This document shows, in pieces, positions 20,617 through 29,927 of a stretch of 64,000 nt of DNA. A program made the position numbers and the translations under genes. Each line of letters begins with the position of its first letter. Position 1 is the stretch's first letter. A model generated the notes under the pieces. That model worked only from the letters and a program-made list of their open reading frames with translations, was not told the origin of the DNA and made no database searches. Location: IMG/VR virus record IMGVR_UViG_3300044645_002359, positions 62,001 through 126,000 of that record, one strand, 5' to 3'.

Positions 20617-20928
20617 ATGACGACTGAACCGCAAGCCGAAAGTGAAGAACAATCCTCTCAGGAAACTTTACAAACAACTGTTACTATCAATCTACCCCCA
20701 GATTTTGCAGAGGCTTTCAACTCTCTGGCAGAACGCGAAGGACTATCTCAAGATGCGCTGGTTATGCGCTCTCTTGGCCTTTACTCCGTAGCATCGCAAG
20801 CTGAGAAGGGGGGTTACGCTTTGTCTTTCACCCGGATTGAAGGAACCAACGACCTGACTGCCAAGGAAGCTATTCGCATCGAAGACGAGCCAGAATCTAA
20901 CTTGTTTATTCCAGGCAAGAGGCAATGA
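20617..20928 (+). CDS. Ribbon-helix-helix (CopG-like) protein
   Basis: VTINLP....F..LAEREGLSQ..LV.R.L.LY. Confidence 0.6.
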   Translation: MTTEPQAESEEQSSQETLQTTVTINLPPDFAEAFNSLAEREGLSQDALVMRSLGLYSVASQAEKGGYALSFTRIEGTNDLTAKEAIRIEDEPESNLFIPGKRQ

Positions 20929-22411
20929 TTCGAGTAGCAATAGCGAAAGAATTGCAGTCTAGAGCTGAACCATTGCGGATCGATAGGGGAACCCTTGAAA
21001 ACTGCCCTCGCAGTGAATACATTGGACAATTCCCCAAGACAACAGATTATGACACTGTCATAGACAAAGACTGTGACGTTTACGTCTCAGGTGTGAAAGT
21101 CTTGTCCTTCCGAAAAGCTCTCTTTCCAATTCTTTCCGAGGGTTCTTCCAAACAGAAAGAAACTTGGGACTTTTTCCGAGCAGCTTCAAAAGAAGTTTAT
21201 GGCACCCAAAGAGGTGTCGTTGCGGGCACAGAGTTTACAACTCGTCCCGAGTCACGCTTAACTAAAGGCCAGGTTGCTTTCTTCGCCGGTGCTTCAGTGG
21301 GTTTGATTACAACGCTTCCTCAAGCGCGAGAGGCTCTGGAAAGTTCCAACGAACTCACTAGCAAGACTCTCAAGATCAAGTATATAAAGAAAGACTACCC
21401 AGAACTTGCGGAAAAATGAAGCCCTTGGAGGCAGAAATTCGCACACTGAGCCCCGAAGACCCGAAACTAGAAAGTCTGAGAAACCAGAGAAGGGAACTAC
21501 TTTGGTGTTGGTTTGAACCTTGGTTACTGGAAGTTTGGTTGCCCTCTGAAAACAAAGTAGAAGAAGTCAAAAAAGTTTTAAACACTTACATTAGCTCTCA
21601 GTTAAATTTCAACCATTGCTACAGTAACGTCCTGGGGGCAATTGACCGTGGGGCAAGATTCCCCTATGGTCGTTTGAGCGGAACCACTCAGAGATACTAT
21701 GAGCAGTTCTCTAAATACAGAGACATTTATTACGCGGCCTGCGAAGGTTTCAGGTACAATTTTCCGGAGACCTGGAGCAAAGTTAAAGAAGTAATTTCGA
21801 AGGCTAAAGACCCTAACTACAACTTGTTCGGCACTGCCTTTACGAGCGTAACTCTAAACTTCAATTTTAAGACTGCCTACCACGTTGACAAGAACAACTT
21901 GAAAGGGGGGCTGGCTGTCTTGACTGCGTTCACAAAGGGAGACTATGAGGGCCACTACTTAGTGTTCCCCGAAGTTAAGCTAGCTTTCAACTTGAGAGAC
22001 GGGGACTTTATCGTAGGAGACACTCAAGTCCTACTTCACGGGAACAGCCCCATGACAAAACTCACTGAGGATGCTGAGCGGGTTTCTCTGGTTTTCTACT
22101 CTCGAGAGAATATGACCCGATTGGACGATCTTGATTGTGAAGAATGCCGAAAACAATTCATGAAGTTTTCACTTCAGTCCCTGAAGGAACGGGGCAAAGA
22201 TCACAAAGACTGGAGGGGCGTGTGGCAAGGAATGTGGACTTCTCAGGAGTGGTTAGACTTTCGAAAAGAAAGAAACTTGGAACACTGTTCAAACTCCAAC
22301 TGGCAGCTTTCTTCGCCTTACGAGAATGAAGTTACGAAAGAGATGAAGCTGTTTAAGGACGATCCAGGTGAGGGATGGAAACTCGTACAAGTATTTACAC
22401 AAGGTCGGTAA
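20925..22411 (+). CDS. TET/JBP-like dioxygenase 2, split by a 1-nt frameshift (20925-21419 + 21416-22411)
   Basis: Colinear paralog of 18726; [17 protein letters not shown]; break in A5 run at 21412-21416. Confidence 0.82.
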
Positions 22412-22476
22412 CCGCCCGGAAGCCTTCGGCTTCCTCCCTTGTTTCTGATCCACATAAACGCTATGATTGTTGTATG
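22406..22476 (+). promoter_or_regulatory. Operator-promoter module copy 5
   Basis: CGGTAACCG; TTGTTT-17-TATGAT-6-ATG(22474). Confidence 0.85.
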
Positions 22477-23058
22477 GAAATCTACTTTAGCACAGACGTT
22501 GAAACTGACGGGCCGATTCCCGGCCCCAACAGCATGCTCTCCCTAGGGTCAGCTGCGTTCTCCTCTTCAGGAAAGCTGCTGGCTACCTTCTCGGTGAACC
22601 TGGAGACCCTCCCCGGAGCCGAGCCGGACCCCTCTACCCAAGCGTGGTGGGAGGCCCACCCAGAGGCTTACAGAGCCTCCAGAGAAGGGACCCTGGCCCC
22701 GGACCAAGCCATGCTTGCCTTTTCACAGTGGGTCACTGCTACGGTCAGCTCGTACACTCAAGCGACTGTTAGAAAAGTTTCTCCAGTATTCGTCGGGTTC
22801 CCTGCAGGTTTTGACTTCCTCTTCGTGTATTGGTACCTTATTAAATTCACAGGGCAATCCCCGTTCAGCTTCTCCGCACTTGACGGTAAGACCTATGCCA
22901 TGGCACTTCTTAAGAAAGGCTACCGGCAATCTACAAAAAAGAACTATCCGAAGGAATGGTTCCCCCCGACTGACAAACACACTCACATTGCTGTGGAAGA
23001 TGCCATCGAGCAGGGTCGTATTTTCTGTAAGATGCTGGCCGCAAATGGACAATCTTGA
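22474..23058 (+). CDS. DEDDh 3'-5' exonuclease
   Basis: [19 protein letters not shown]; start refined by promoter geometry. Confidence 0.85.
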   Translation: MEIYFSTDVETDGPIPGPNSMLSLGSAAFSSSGKLLATFSVNLETLPGAEPDPSTQAWWEAHPEAYRASREGTLAPDQAMLAFSQWVTATVSSYTQATVRKVSPVFVGFPAGFDFLFVYWYLIKFTGQSPFSFSALDGKTYAMALLKKGYRQSTKKNYPKEWFPPTDKHTHIAVEDAIEQGRIFCKMLAANGQS

Positions 23059-23454
23059 AATTTACAACCGTAAGCATAAGCTCGTGCTAGAACTGAGAGA
23101 ACTAGGCGAAGAAGAAGCTGAAGATAGCCTGTTGGAGGAGTTGGACGATCTCTGGCATAAGATGAATGAATCAGACCGTCATAAGGCCCAAGCTTTCACC
23201 TATACTTTGCTTTACGGATCCTCCTTACCCCCTACAATCTCCCATTCAGAAAAGATGAGAGAGTACTCTGGAAAAGTTAATGCATCTTTTAAGGCGCTAC
23301 TGGAAGGGGATATCGAAACTAGTGATACTCTCCTAAAGGAAGTCAGATCGCTATGGGAAGAATTAATCTCAGATGATTTCCCAGAAGAATGATTGAGATC
23401 CTAGCTGCATTCATAGCCTTCGGCTTGTTCATGTTTGTATTATCTGTCCTTTAA
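23045..23454 (+). CDS. Hypothetical (23045-23392) and 21-aa hydrophobic peptide (23389-23454)
   Basis: MDNLEIY...; [21 protein letters not shown] with ATGA overlap. Confidence 0.5.
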
Positions 23455-23466
23455 CTCTCAACCTTA

Positions 23467-24231
23467 ATGAAAGACCCACTCTTCCTTCTCCAAGCCGGAG
23501 GCCCGCTACCCACCGAGAAAATTGCCTGCAGCTTTTCGTGTTATCCAGTGAAGTATTGTCCTTTTTCGGATATCAAGAAGTTAGACCCCAAGGAATCCTT
23601 AACTCAACTTGTCCCAGTAGGTTCCGTAGAGTTTGTTAAAGCTTATAGTGAGCACGTGAGCATCGAGCTTCCCAGGGACTTTTCTTATGGCATTTGCGAC
23701 GGTCAACTTGACCAGTTCCTGATGAGATCTATGCGAAAGGGGACTTACGGTGAGGCAACCCTTATTGATTTTGTCAAACCCATTGAGATAAAGTTTTTCA
23801 CAGGAAATGTAAAAGGGCATCTTGAAATGGAGGCACCGGGGCTCATTCCGAATGATACTCCAGTCTGGGTTACCGAAGCCGTACCCTTCGGAGCCGAATT
23901 TCGCTTCTATATTCACGACTTCATTGGTGGTGGTAAAATCCAAGGTTGGTCTCGATACGATGATTCAAACATGCAATGTTCAGAGCCTGACTTTGGCCTG
24001 GTTGAAGCCGTAATGAAAGAGTTGGAGTACGGGGGTGCTCCAGGTGCCTATACAATTGACATTGGGTGGAGGCCTGATTTAGAACGCTATTGCTTAGTTG
24101 AACTCAATGATGCATGGGCATTAGGATTATACGAAAATGCAGACCCTCAATCTAATCCACCTACCCGACAGCAGTACGCCGATATGTTGGTCTCTCGCTG
24201 GAGACAAATTCTTTTCTGCAGTTTAGTATAA
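23467..24231 (+). CDS. ATP-grasp domain protein (DUF4343/R2K-like)
   Basis: PVGSVEFV, FVKP...K.FTG, EFRFYI, AYTIDIG, LVELND. Confidence 0.8.
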   Translation: MKDPLFLLQAGGPLPTEKIACSFSCYPVKYCPFSDIKKLDPKESLTQLVPVGSVEFVKAYSEHVSIELPRDFSYGICDGQLDQFLMRSMRKGTYGEATLIDFVKPIEIKFFTGNVKGHLEMEAPGLIPNDTPVWVTEAVPFGAEFRFYIHDFIGGGKIQGWSRYDDSNMQCSEPDFGLVEAVMKELEYGGAPGAYTIDIGWRPDLERYCLVELNDAWALGLYENADPQSNPPTRQQYADMLVSRWRQILFCSLV

Positions 24232-24890
24232 TGTGTGCTTTATTCGGATGTGACCTAGAAGAAGTCACGCAAAACAACATCCAAACAATACAACGCATTG
24301 CTCTTGAATCACAGGTCAGAGGCAAACATGCTACTGGCATCTCCTACATTGGAAAAAACGGTCTTGAGACAATCACTGAGCCTGTTTGTGCACAGGAATT
24401 TCTGAACATCTATGACATAAATGTTTGTGTCTCAGACGGCTGTCTGACTTTGATCGGTCATTGCCGCTATTCTACCTCTGATATTCGGTATAACCAGCCG
24501 CTAACGAACGGATCTCTTGCTATTGCTCACAATGGTGTCATTGAGCAGTCGCCTCCAGAGACTTGGACAAAGTTTGGGTACCAGCTAGAAACCACCAACG
24601 ATTCAGAGCTTGTGCTTCGAGCTATCGAAAATAAAGAACAACCCCTGAAAAAGTTTCCTGAAGCTTCTATGGCTGTCTTGGAGCTAAGAGAGACTGGCTC
24701 CATGCGCTATTACCGCAATGGTAAGAGACCTTTATGGAAGAGCGAAGTTGAGAACGGTTTTTTCCTCACCTCAACAAAAGACATTGCATTGAGGGCGGGA
24801 TTGAAGAATCCGGTCCGCTGCCTTCCGGGCTTCCTTTACCAAGGGAAGGCAGCAACTAAAATAATTGAAGTTGAAGAGCTGATTGCATGA
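24231..24890 (+). CDS. Class II (Ntn) glutamine amidotransferase
   Basis: N-terminal MC, RG.HATG, GHCRYST, NQP, HNGVI, NDSE. Confidence 0.88.
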   Translation: MCALFGCDLEEVTQNNIQTIQRIALESQVRGKHATGISYIGKNGLETITEPVCAQEFLNIYDINVCVSDGCLTLIGHCRYSTSDIRYNQPLTNGSLAIAHNGVIEQSPPETWTKFGYQLETTNDSELVLRAIENKEQPLKKFPEASMAVLELRETGSMRYYRNGKRPLWKSEVENGFFLTSTKDIALRAGLKNPVRCLPGFLYQGKAATKIIEVEELIA

Positions 24891-25765
24891 CTTACGATCC
24901 TCGAAAGTTTACATATGGTTACGAAATTGAGTGGGGGGATATACCGAGGGATTTCAACATACCTAAGCACTTGGGAACTTGGGAACATGCGGAAACTGAC
25001 ATCCTAAATTTGCACGGGGATTACGCTCTTAGAGCTGTAGATCCTTTGGGAACTGACCCACCCATGGGCGGCGAGATAAACACCAAGCCAACTCATACCT
25101 GGGAAGAGCAAGTTGAGAGAATCATAGAAATTCGCGACATGTTTATCAACGTCGGACACAATCCGACTGCATCTTTGGTGAACCACGGTCACTTACATGT
25201 TTTCGTGCCAGGGCTGAAGGAAGACTTAACAAGCTTACAAAAATTGGTCTCTTACGTTCGAGACAACCAACAACTGACTGTAGAAAAGTGTTACGGTTAC
25301 TATGACGATCCGGACATGAAGGGGGCGGTCAGAGGAGCCAAGACTTACTTGAAGCTCGATGGGGGCAGGTTAATGCCTCAGTACATGATTGATAACATAC
25401 TGAATTTGTCCACGGACTTTAACCACTTGATTAAGTTGCACGCTGCAGGCAAAGATGGTGTGTCAATGGGACGACCGTTCCGGTATGCAATAAACATCTA
25501 CTGTATGAAGCACACAGGTACTGTTGAGTTCCGCTGTTTTAGATCTAGTGTAAATCGCCGAGAGATTGAAGATCAGTTTCGCTTCGTAGAGGCATTCATT
25601 GATGCCGCCCTTAATGATGGTCCACCTGTTGAAACTATTCTTAAAGAGAACAATTATCAGTTCCCCCCTTACGTATGGAACAAGGAACACTGGAATGCTT
25701 GGGCGCTTACCAAGTGGGACAAGTCCAGGGGCAAAAAAGTCAGAAATTACTACGAGGTCCAATGA
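24887..25765 (+). CDS. Putative amidoligase (COOH-NH2 ligase) 1
   Basis: TYGYEIE, GGEINT.P, HLHV, RYAIN, TVEFRCF. Confidence 0.8.
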   Translation: MTYDPRKFTYGYEIEWGDIPRDFNIPKHLGTWEHAETDILNLHGDYALRAVDPLGTDPPMGGEINTKPTHTWEEQVERIIEIRDMFINVGHNPTASLVNHGHLHVFVPGLKEDLTSLQKLVSYVRDNQQLTVEKCYGYYDDPDMKGAVRGAKTYLKLDGGRLMPQYMIDNILNLSTDFNHLIKLHAAGKDGVSMGRPFRYAINIYCMKHTGTVEFRCFRSSVNRREIEDQFRFVEAFIDAALNDGPPVETILKENNYQFPPYVWNKEHWNAWALTKWDKSRGKKVRNYYEVQ

Positions 25766-26712
25766 TTGAGGCTACTTTCGGTGCTGAATATGAACTCGGA
25801 GACGTCAACCGCTTGCTGGAACTGCCTACTGGGGCGAATTGGAACTTTAAAGATCACAGCATTGCCAATTCCACGGGTATCGCAAATGATGAAAAAGCCA
25901 AGTTGTATACCATTGGCGGTGAGATAAACTCCGAGCCAACAGACACAATTGAAGGGCAGTTGAAAATCTGGGAATCTATAAGGGATTCCCAAAGTCAGAT
26001 TCATATTAATCACAGGACCAATTTACACTTACACATTCATGTGCCTGGGTTGAGAGAAGACCTTGGTCGGTTGAAGCGTCTGATGCAATACGTTCAAGAA
26101 CAACAAGACAGGGTCTACCAATTAATAGAACCCTTAGATCCCCCTGAGAAAGAAAATTACAAAACAGCAGCATCTTATAAGGGTGCTATGGATCGTTACA
26201 AGCGCCGTTTAGTTAGTCATCAGAACAGACTCAAACCGGCCCAGGTTAAGTCTTGTATGGAAGCCGTGACTGCTGAAGAGTTTATCAACGGTCACGCACC
26301 GAAAAACAAGAAGGGTGAACCCTTGTGGGCTTTGGCAGTTAGAGGTGGAATCAATATATCTCAACTTCGTGAAACTAATACAATTGAATTCCGGCACTTT
26401 ACACCTACCTTGAGTGCAGAAGAGCTAGAGTGTTGCTTCACTTGGATCCATGAGTTCATGCATGCCGCCTTGGTTACAGGCGAATCTGTCGATGATATCT
26501 ACTCAAGAAAAACCTGGAAGTTCCCACCGTTCGCTGCCTACGACCACGATATCGATGTGGTTTTCCGCTGGACAGACTTGGAAAAGAACAAACGTTCCGA
26601 AGTGAAACAACGACTCGATCGCTTGGCAGAACACTTTGATACTTATTCCCAACCAGCGAGGGATATGTCAGAATTTGTCAGCTCAGAAAGTGGTGGAAAA
26701 CTAGCTCTTTGA
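25762..26712 (+). CDS. Putative amidoligase 2 (paralog)
   Basis: TFGAEYE, GGEINS.P, LHLHIH, RGGIN, TIEFRHF; ATGA overlap. Confidence 0.8.
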   Translation: MIEATFGAEYELGDVNRLLELPTGANWNFKDHSIANSTGIANDEKAKLYTIGGEINSEPTDTIEGQLKIWESIRDSQSQIHINHRTNLHLHIHVPGLREDLGRLKRLMQYVQEQQDRVYQLIEPLDPPEKENYKTAASYKGAMDRYKRRLVSHQNRLKPAQVKSCMEAVTAEEFINGHAPKNKKGEPLWALAVRGGINISQLRETNTIEFRHFTPTLSAEELECCFTWIHEFMHAALVTGESVDDIYSRKTWKFPPFAAYDHDIDVVFRWTDLEKNKRSEVKQRLDRLAEHFDTYSQPARDMSEFVSSESGGKLAL

Positions 26713-27088
26713 TTTGCTGAGCTACTGCGCGATGCATTTCTTCACCCTTGTGTCTGAATGGGTCTTCAACGTTCCAGTTTCGAACCTTCAACGGATCCAC
26801 AGAAAAGTTCTTGTTTATACGGTCTACGTGCAAATGAGACATGCAAATGACTTGGTCCGCCCAGTCCAACAAGTCTTGAGAGTAAGGTTGTGCGATGTGT
26901 TGCTCACCACTGTAGCCCATCTCTGCCAAAACTCGTCTCATTTTGGGAGCCATTCTTGAGCGGTCCACAGCTTGTTTAGAAGTGCCACACGAATCTACTT
27001 TGTACAATCCCGTATTATGAAAACTAAGGATAACATGAGCAGCAGCACTACGATTCACACACCCTGTACAAATAAAGAGTACTTTCAT
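26678..27088 (-). CDS. LMW phosphatase / arsenate-reductase fold protein
   Basis: VLFICTGCVNRS (CX5R), WAD.VICM, EDPF. Confidence 0.88.
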   Translation of the reverse strand: MKVLFICTGCVNRSAAAHVILSFHNTGLYKVDSCGTSKQAVDRSRMAPKMRRVLAEMGYSGEQHIAQPYSQDLLDWADQVICMSHLHVDRINKNFSVDPLKVRNWNVEDPFRHKGEEMHRAVAQQIKELVFHHFLS

Positions 27089-27136
27089 GTTCAGTGCCTA
27101 TAATAAGTATGCATAACCTTACCCTAATGCTTCGTC

Positions 27137-27793
27137 ATGTACTATGTATACAAAATAACTTTCGAAGAGGTACCCCACTTTTACATTGGAATTCGCAAGT
27201 GCCCACCCCTTATAGCACCACAGGAGGATAAATACTTGGGAAGCCCTTGCACACACCGGTCTTATTGGAAAATATACACACCCAAAAAACATATAATGCA
27301 TTGCTACGAGAGTCAAGAAGAGGCTTACCAGGTGGAGCACACCCTTATTATACAGAACTGGAAGAATAAGTATTCCTTGAACAGAGGGGTTGCAGGAGCT
27401 GTACACGAAGAGATATTATCGAATAATGGCAAAAGAGTGGCACAACTCTGGCACAACCGGGTTGAAGAGGACCACAAATTAAGAGAGTGGGCAACGGAAA
27501 ATGCTAGAAAATGTTTGTCTGGGTATCATGAGAGACGTCAGGAGAACGAGGAGGAAAACGAAAGATTTCTAAGTCAATGTTCCGAGAACGGGAAGAGAAC
27601 AGGAGCCTCTAACATAGGCAAATATAACGAAAGAAAAGATGAGCTGGAGTATATAAGAGTAAGAAAAGAGAACGGCAGGAACCGAAAAGGCATGATTTGG
27701 ATTAACAACGGCTCAGAAAATAAAGTGGTCTGGCCGCACATGATGGAGGAGTACTCTACCCGGGGATACAAAAGAGGTAGGAAACATGCTTGA
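27137..27793 (+). mobile_element. Free-standing GIY-YIG-like homing endonuclease
   Basis: YVYKIT...FYIG, D.YLGS, E..LI, SLN; C-terminal WINNG..NK. Confidence 0.7.
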
Positions 27794-28802
27794 AGTTACA
27801 GCTTGCTCATCAGACTACAGATTGTTGGAGAATAGAAGGGAGGGTTTTTTGCAATGGTGGATTGCCTCAACGGCGGCACTTGACGTCGACCCCAGCATGT
27901 GGATGATGAGGTACTTAAACGACCGTTATGAGCATAGCACCGAAGAGAAGCTTTGGTTCGCTTGGCTGTTCCACACATATAATTTACCCACATGTTGGAC
28001 CCTGAAGCAAGAATTTCCAGACGAAGAGCTGGCAAGCGTGGAAAGATTCGACACTTTCGTTGGTGAAAATTACCCTCGAATTCGTCATGAAAAAGACACT
28101 AAGTGGTCGCGTGGACACCTGGCAGCAATGTATGCGAGTTACCATGATTGGGTTGGTGAGAGTACTCAGAGAGACAAGTTCTGGGAACTGTGCCAAGGCT
28201 CCCCCGAAGAGAACTTTTGGGCAATCTGGAATTTGGTTATGGAGAAGTTTTTCAAGTTCGGCCGGTACACCACTTTCTTTTACTTACAAACTCTTAAGCA
28301 AACTTGCAATTTGCCTTTAGACTGTCCCTCTCTATTTTTGAGCGATTACTCTGGCAGTAAAAGCCATAGAAATGGCCTGTGTTTTGCTGCCGGCAAAGAC
28401 GATTGGGTCAACCAAAAATTGACTCCCGCAGAGTACTCTTGGCTAGAGGGCTTCGGTGCTGACTTGCTTGTAGAAGCATATTCGCGGTGGCCCGACTTCA
28501 AAGGCGACATGGACAACTTCGCCCTTGAAACCTGTCTGTGCTCATACAAAAAAGTTTTCCGGACAGCTAACGGTCGTTATGTCAATTATTACAACGATCG
28601 AGTCTCTGAGCAAATTGCCAAGGCAGAAGGAGATGGTTGGTCAGGTATTGACTGGAATGTTTTGCATCAGTGCCGCAGCGAATGCTCCAACGGGCGTCTT
28701 CGTAAAAAAGACAAAATTGACAAAACGAAAATGCACCTTTTCATGGAGCGTGGAACTTTTCATTTTCTGTGGCACGATGGGGAACTGTCTCAGCTTACTT
28801 AG
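27786..28802 (+). CDS. aGPT-pyrophosphorylase clade 2-like amino acid:DNA transferase
   Basis: KFGRYTTFFYLQTL, SHRNGL, LETCLCSYKK, GRY..YY.DR. Confidence 0.78.
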   Translation: MLEVTACSSDYRLLENRREGFLQWWIASTAALDVDPSMWMMRYLNDRYEHSTEEKLWFAWLFHTYNLPTCWTLKQEFPDEELASVERFDTFVGENYPRIRHEKDTKWSRGHLAAMYASYHDWVGESTQRDKFWELCQGSPEENFWAIWNLVMEKFFKFGRYTTFFYLQTLKQTCNLPLDCPSLFLSDYSGSKSHRNGLCFAAGKDDWVNQKLTPAEYSWLEGFGADLLVEAYSRWPDFKGDMDNFALETCLCSYKKVFRTANGRYVNYYNDRVSEQIAKAEGDGWSGIDWNVLHQCRSECSNGRLRKKDKIDKTKMHLFMERGTFHFLWHDGELSQLT

Positions 28803-28854
28803 AGCTGAAGAAGCTATACTGACTTTGTAACCAACTTTCTCTTTGCATTCACGT

Positions 28855-29343
28855 ATGAAACTGACACATTACTTCGGAGTTCCAGGGTGCGGCAAAACCA
28901 CTCTGATGCGCAACAAACTTAGTGTCCTTGAAGCCAATGAGCCGGGGGAAAACGTACAAGAAGGACTCGTCAGATACCACAAGTTTGAAAAACAAAAAAC
29001 TATCGTGCTAGGGGTGTACGACGATAGCACTTTCGCTGGTTTAGACAAACTTTCAAAAGGGGTTGGTCCAAAGTTCCGTCAATGGCTGTTAGACAACGCA
29101 GAAAAGTATAAGGGTTGGGAAGTTTTCTCAGAAGGAGAAAGATTCTCTAACAACCCCACTCTAGACGCAATGTTTGCTACAGGGAACATGACACTTGTGC
29201 TTGTCCAGGTTAGCGACGAAGAACTTGAGAAAAGAAGAGCAGCTAGGAACAATACCCAAAATGAGACTTGGATGAAAGGTATGCAAACTCGGATGAATAA
29301 CCTTGCCCAAAAGTATACTCACACCGTGCTCAACAACGACTGA
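28855..29343 (+). CDS. P-loop nucleotide kinase of the type linked to aGPT-PPase2
   Basis: GVPGCGKTT, GVY...FAG.D.LS, EGERF.N, R..R...Q...W.KG..T. Confidence 0.75.
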   Translation: MKLTHYFGVPGCGKTTLMRNKLSVLEANEPGENVQEGLVRYHKFEKQKTIVLGVYDDSTFAGLDKLSKGVGPKFRQWLLDNAEKYKGWEVFSEGERFSNNPTLDAMFATGNMTLVLVQVSDEELEKRRAARNNTQNETWMKGMQTRMNNLAQKYTHTVLNND

Positions 29344-29350
29344 AACTTCA

Positions 29351-29866
29351 ATGTCAAACTCTCAAGAAATTATTGAAAAACTGAAAGACCAGATTGCTTT
29401 TCTGACCGCCGAACTTAACCGGGTTGAGCAAAAGTCCAATTCTTTATGGGGCCAATTACAAGACGCTTTCCTTCAAGAAGGGAATGATTTAGAAAATGCA
29501 AACTTCTGGGCAGACCGAATTTCACAGATTTTTTCTACATGGGTCCATAGTCAGAGAACCAACCTCACTCAGAGAATTGTATCAACGGGCGTAATGCCTC
29601 CCTACACTGACTGCCTTAACGATTTGGTCGTAAGTATTTCCCCTCCGGGGTCTACACCACCGAGTTTGCCCCCTGAATTTGCAGAATTAGCTAACACTCC
29701 TGTAGTTGGACCTACCCTCGCAACTCCAAGTTTTGATAGACCCGCCTACGAAGGGCTCTCAGCAGATGCTCAGATTGGCCCACCGAAGCAACGGAAAATT
29801 GGTGTCCCGAAACCCATTCCTGGGGCAGTCCCCTTGCCGTTACCTCCCTTGACTGGAGCAGATTGA
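29351..29866 (+). CDS. Hypothetical protein, Pro-rich C-terminus
   Basis: ORF track; start refined to MSNSQ. Confidence 0.5.
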   Translation: MSNSQEIIEKLKDQIAFLTAELNRVEQKSNSLWGQLQDAFLQEGNDLENANFWADRISQIFSTWVHSQRTNLTQRIVSTGVMPPYTDCLNDLVVSISPPGSTPPSLPPEFAELANTPVVGPTLATPSFDRPAYEGLSADAQIGPPKQRKIGVPKPIPGAVPLPLPPLTGAD

Positions 29867-29927
29867 AAGACTGTCTGAAATGATTGCTGAAGTGAGGGTA
29901 AAAAATTAGGAAATTTACCCGTAGGAA

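Noticed and set aside
21412-21419. Naturally split dioxygenase as a headline finding
   Set aside because: The ATGA overlap is suggestive, but similar homopolymer frameshifts elsewhere favour assembly error
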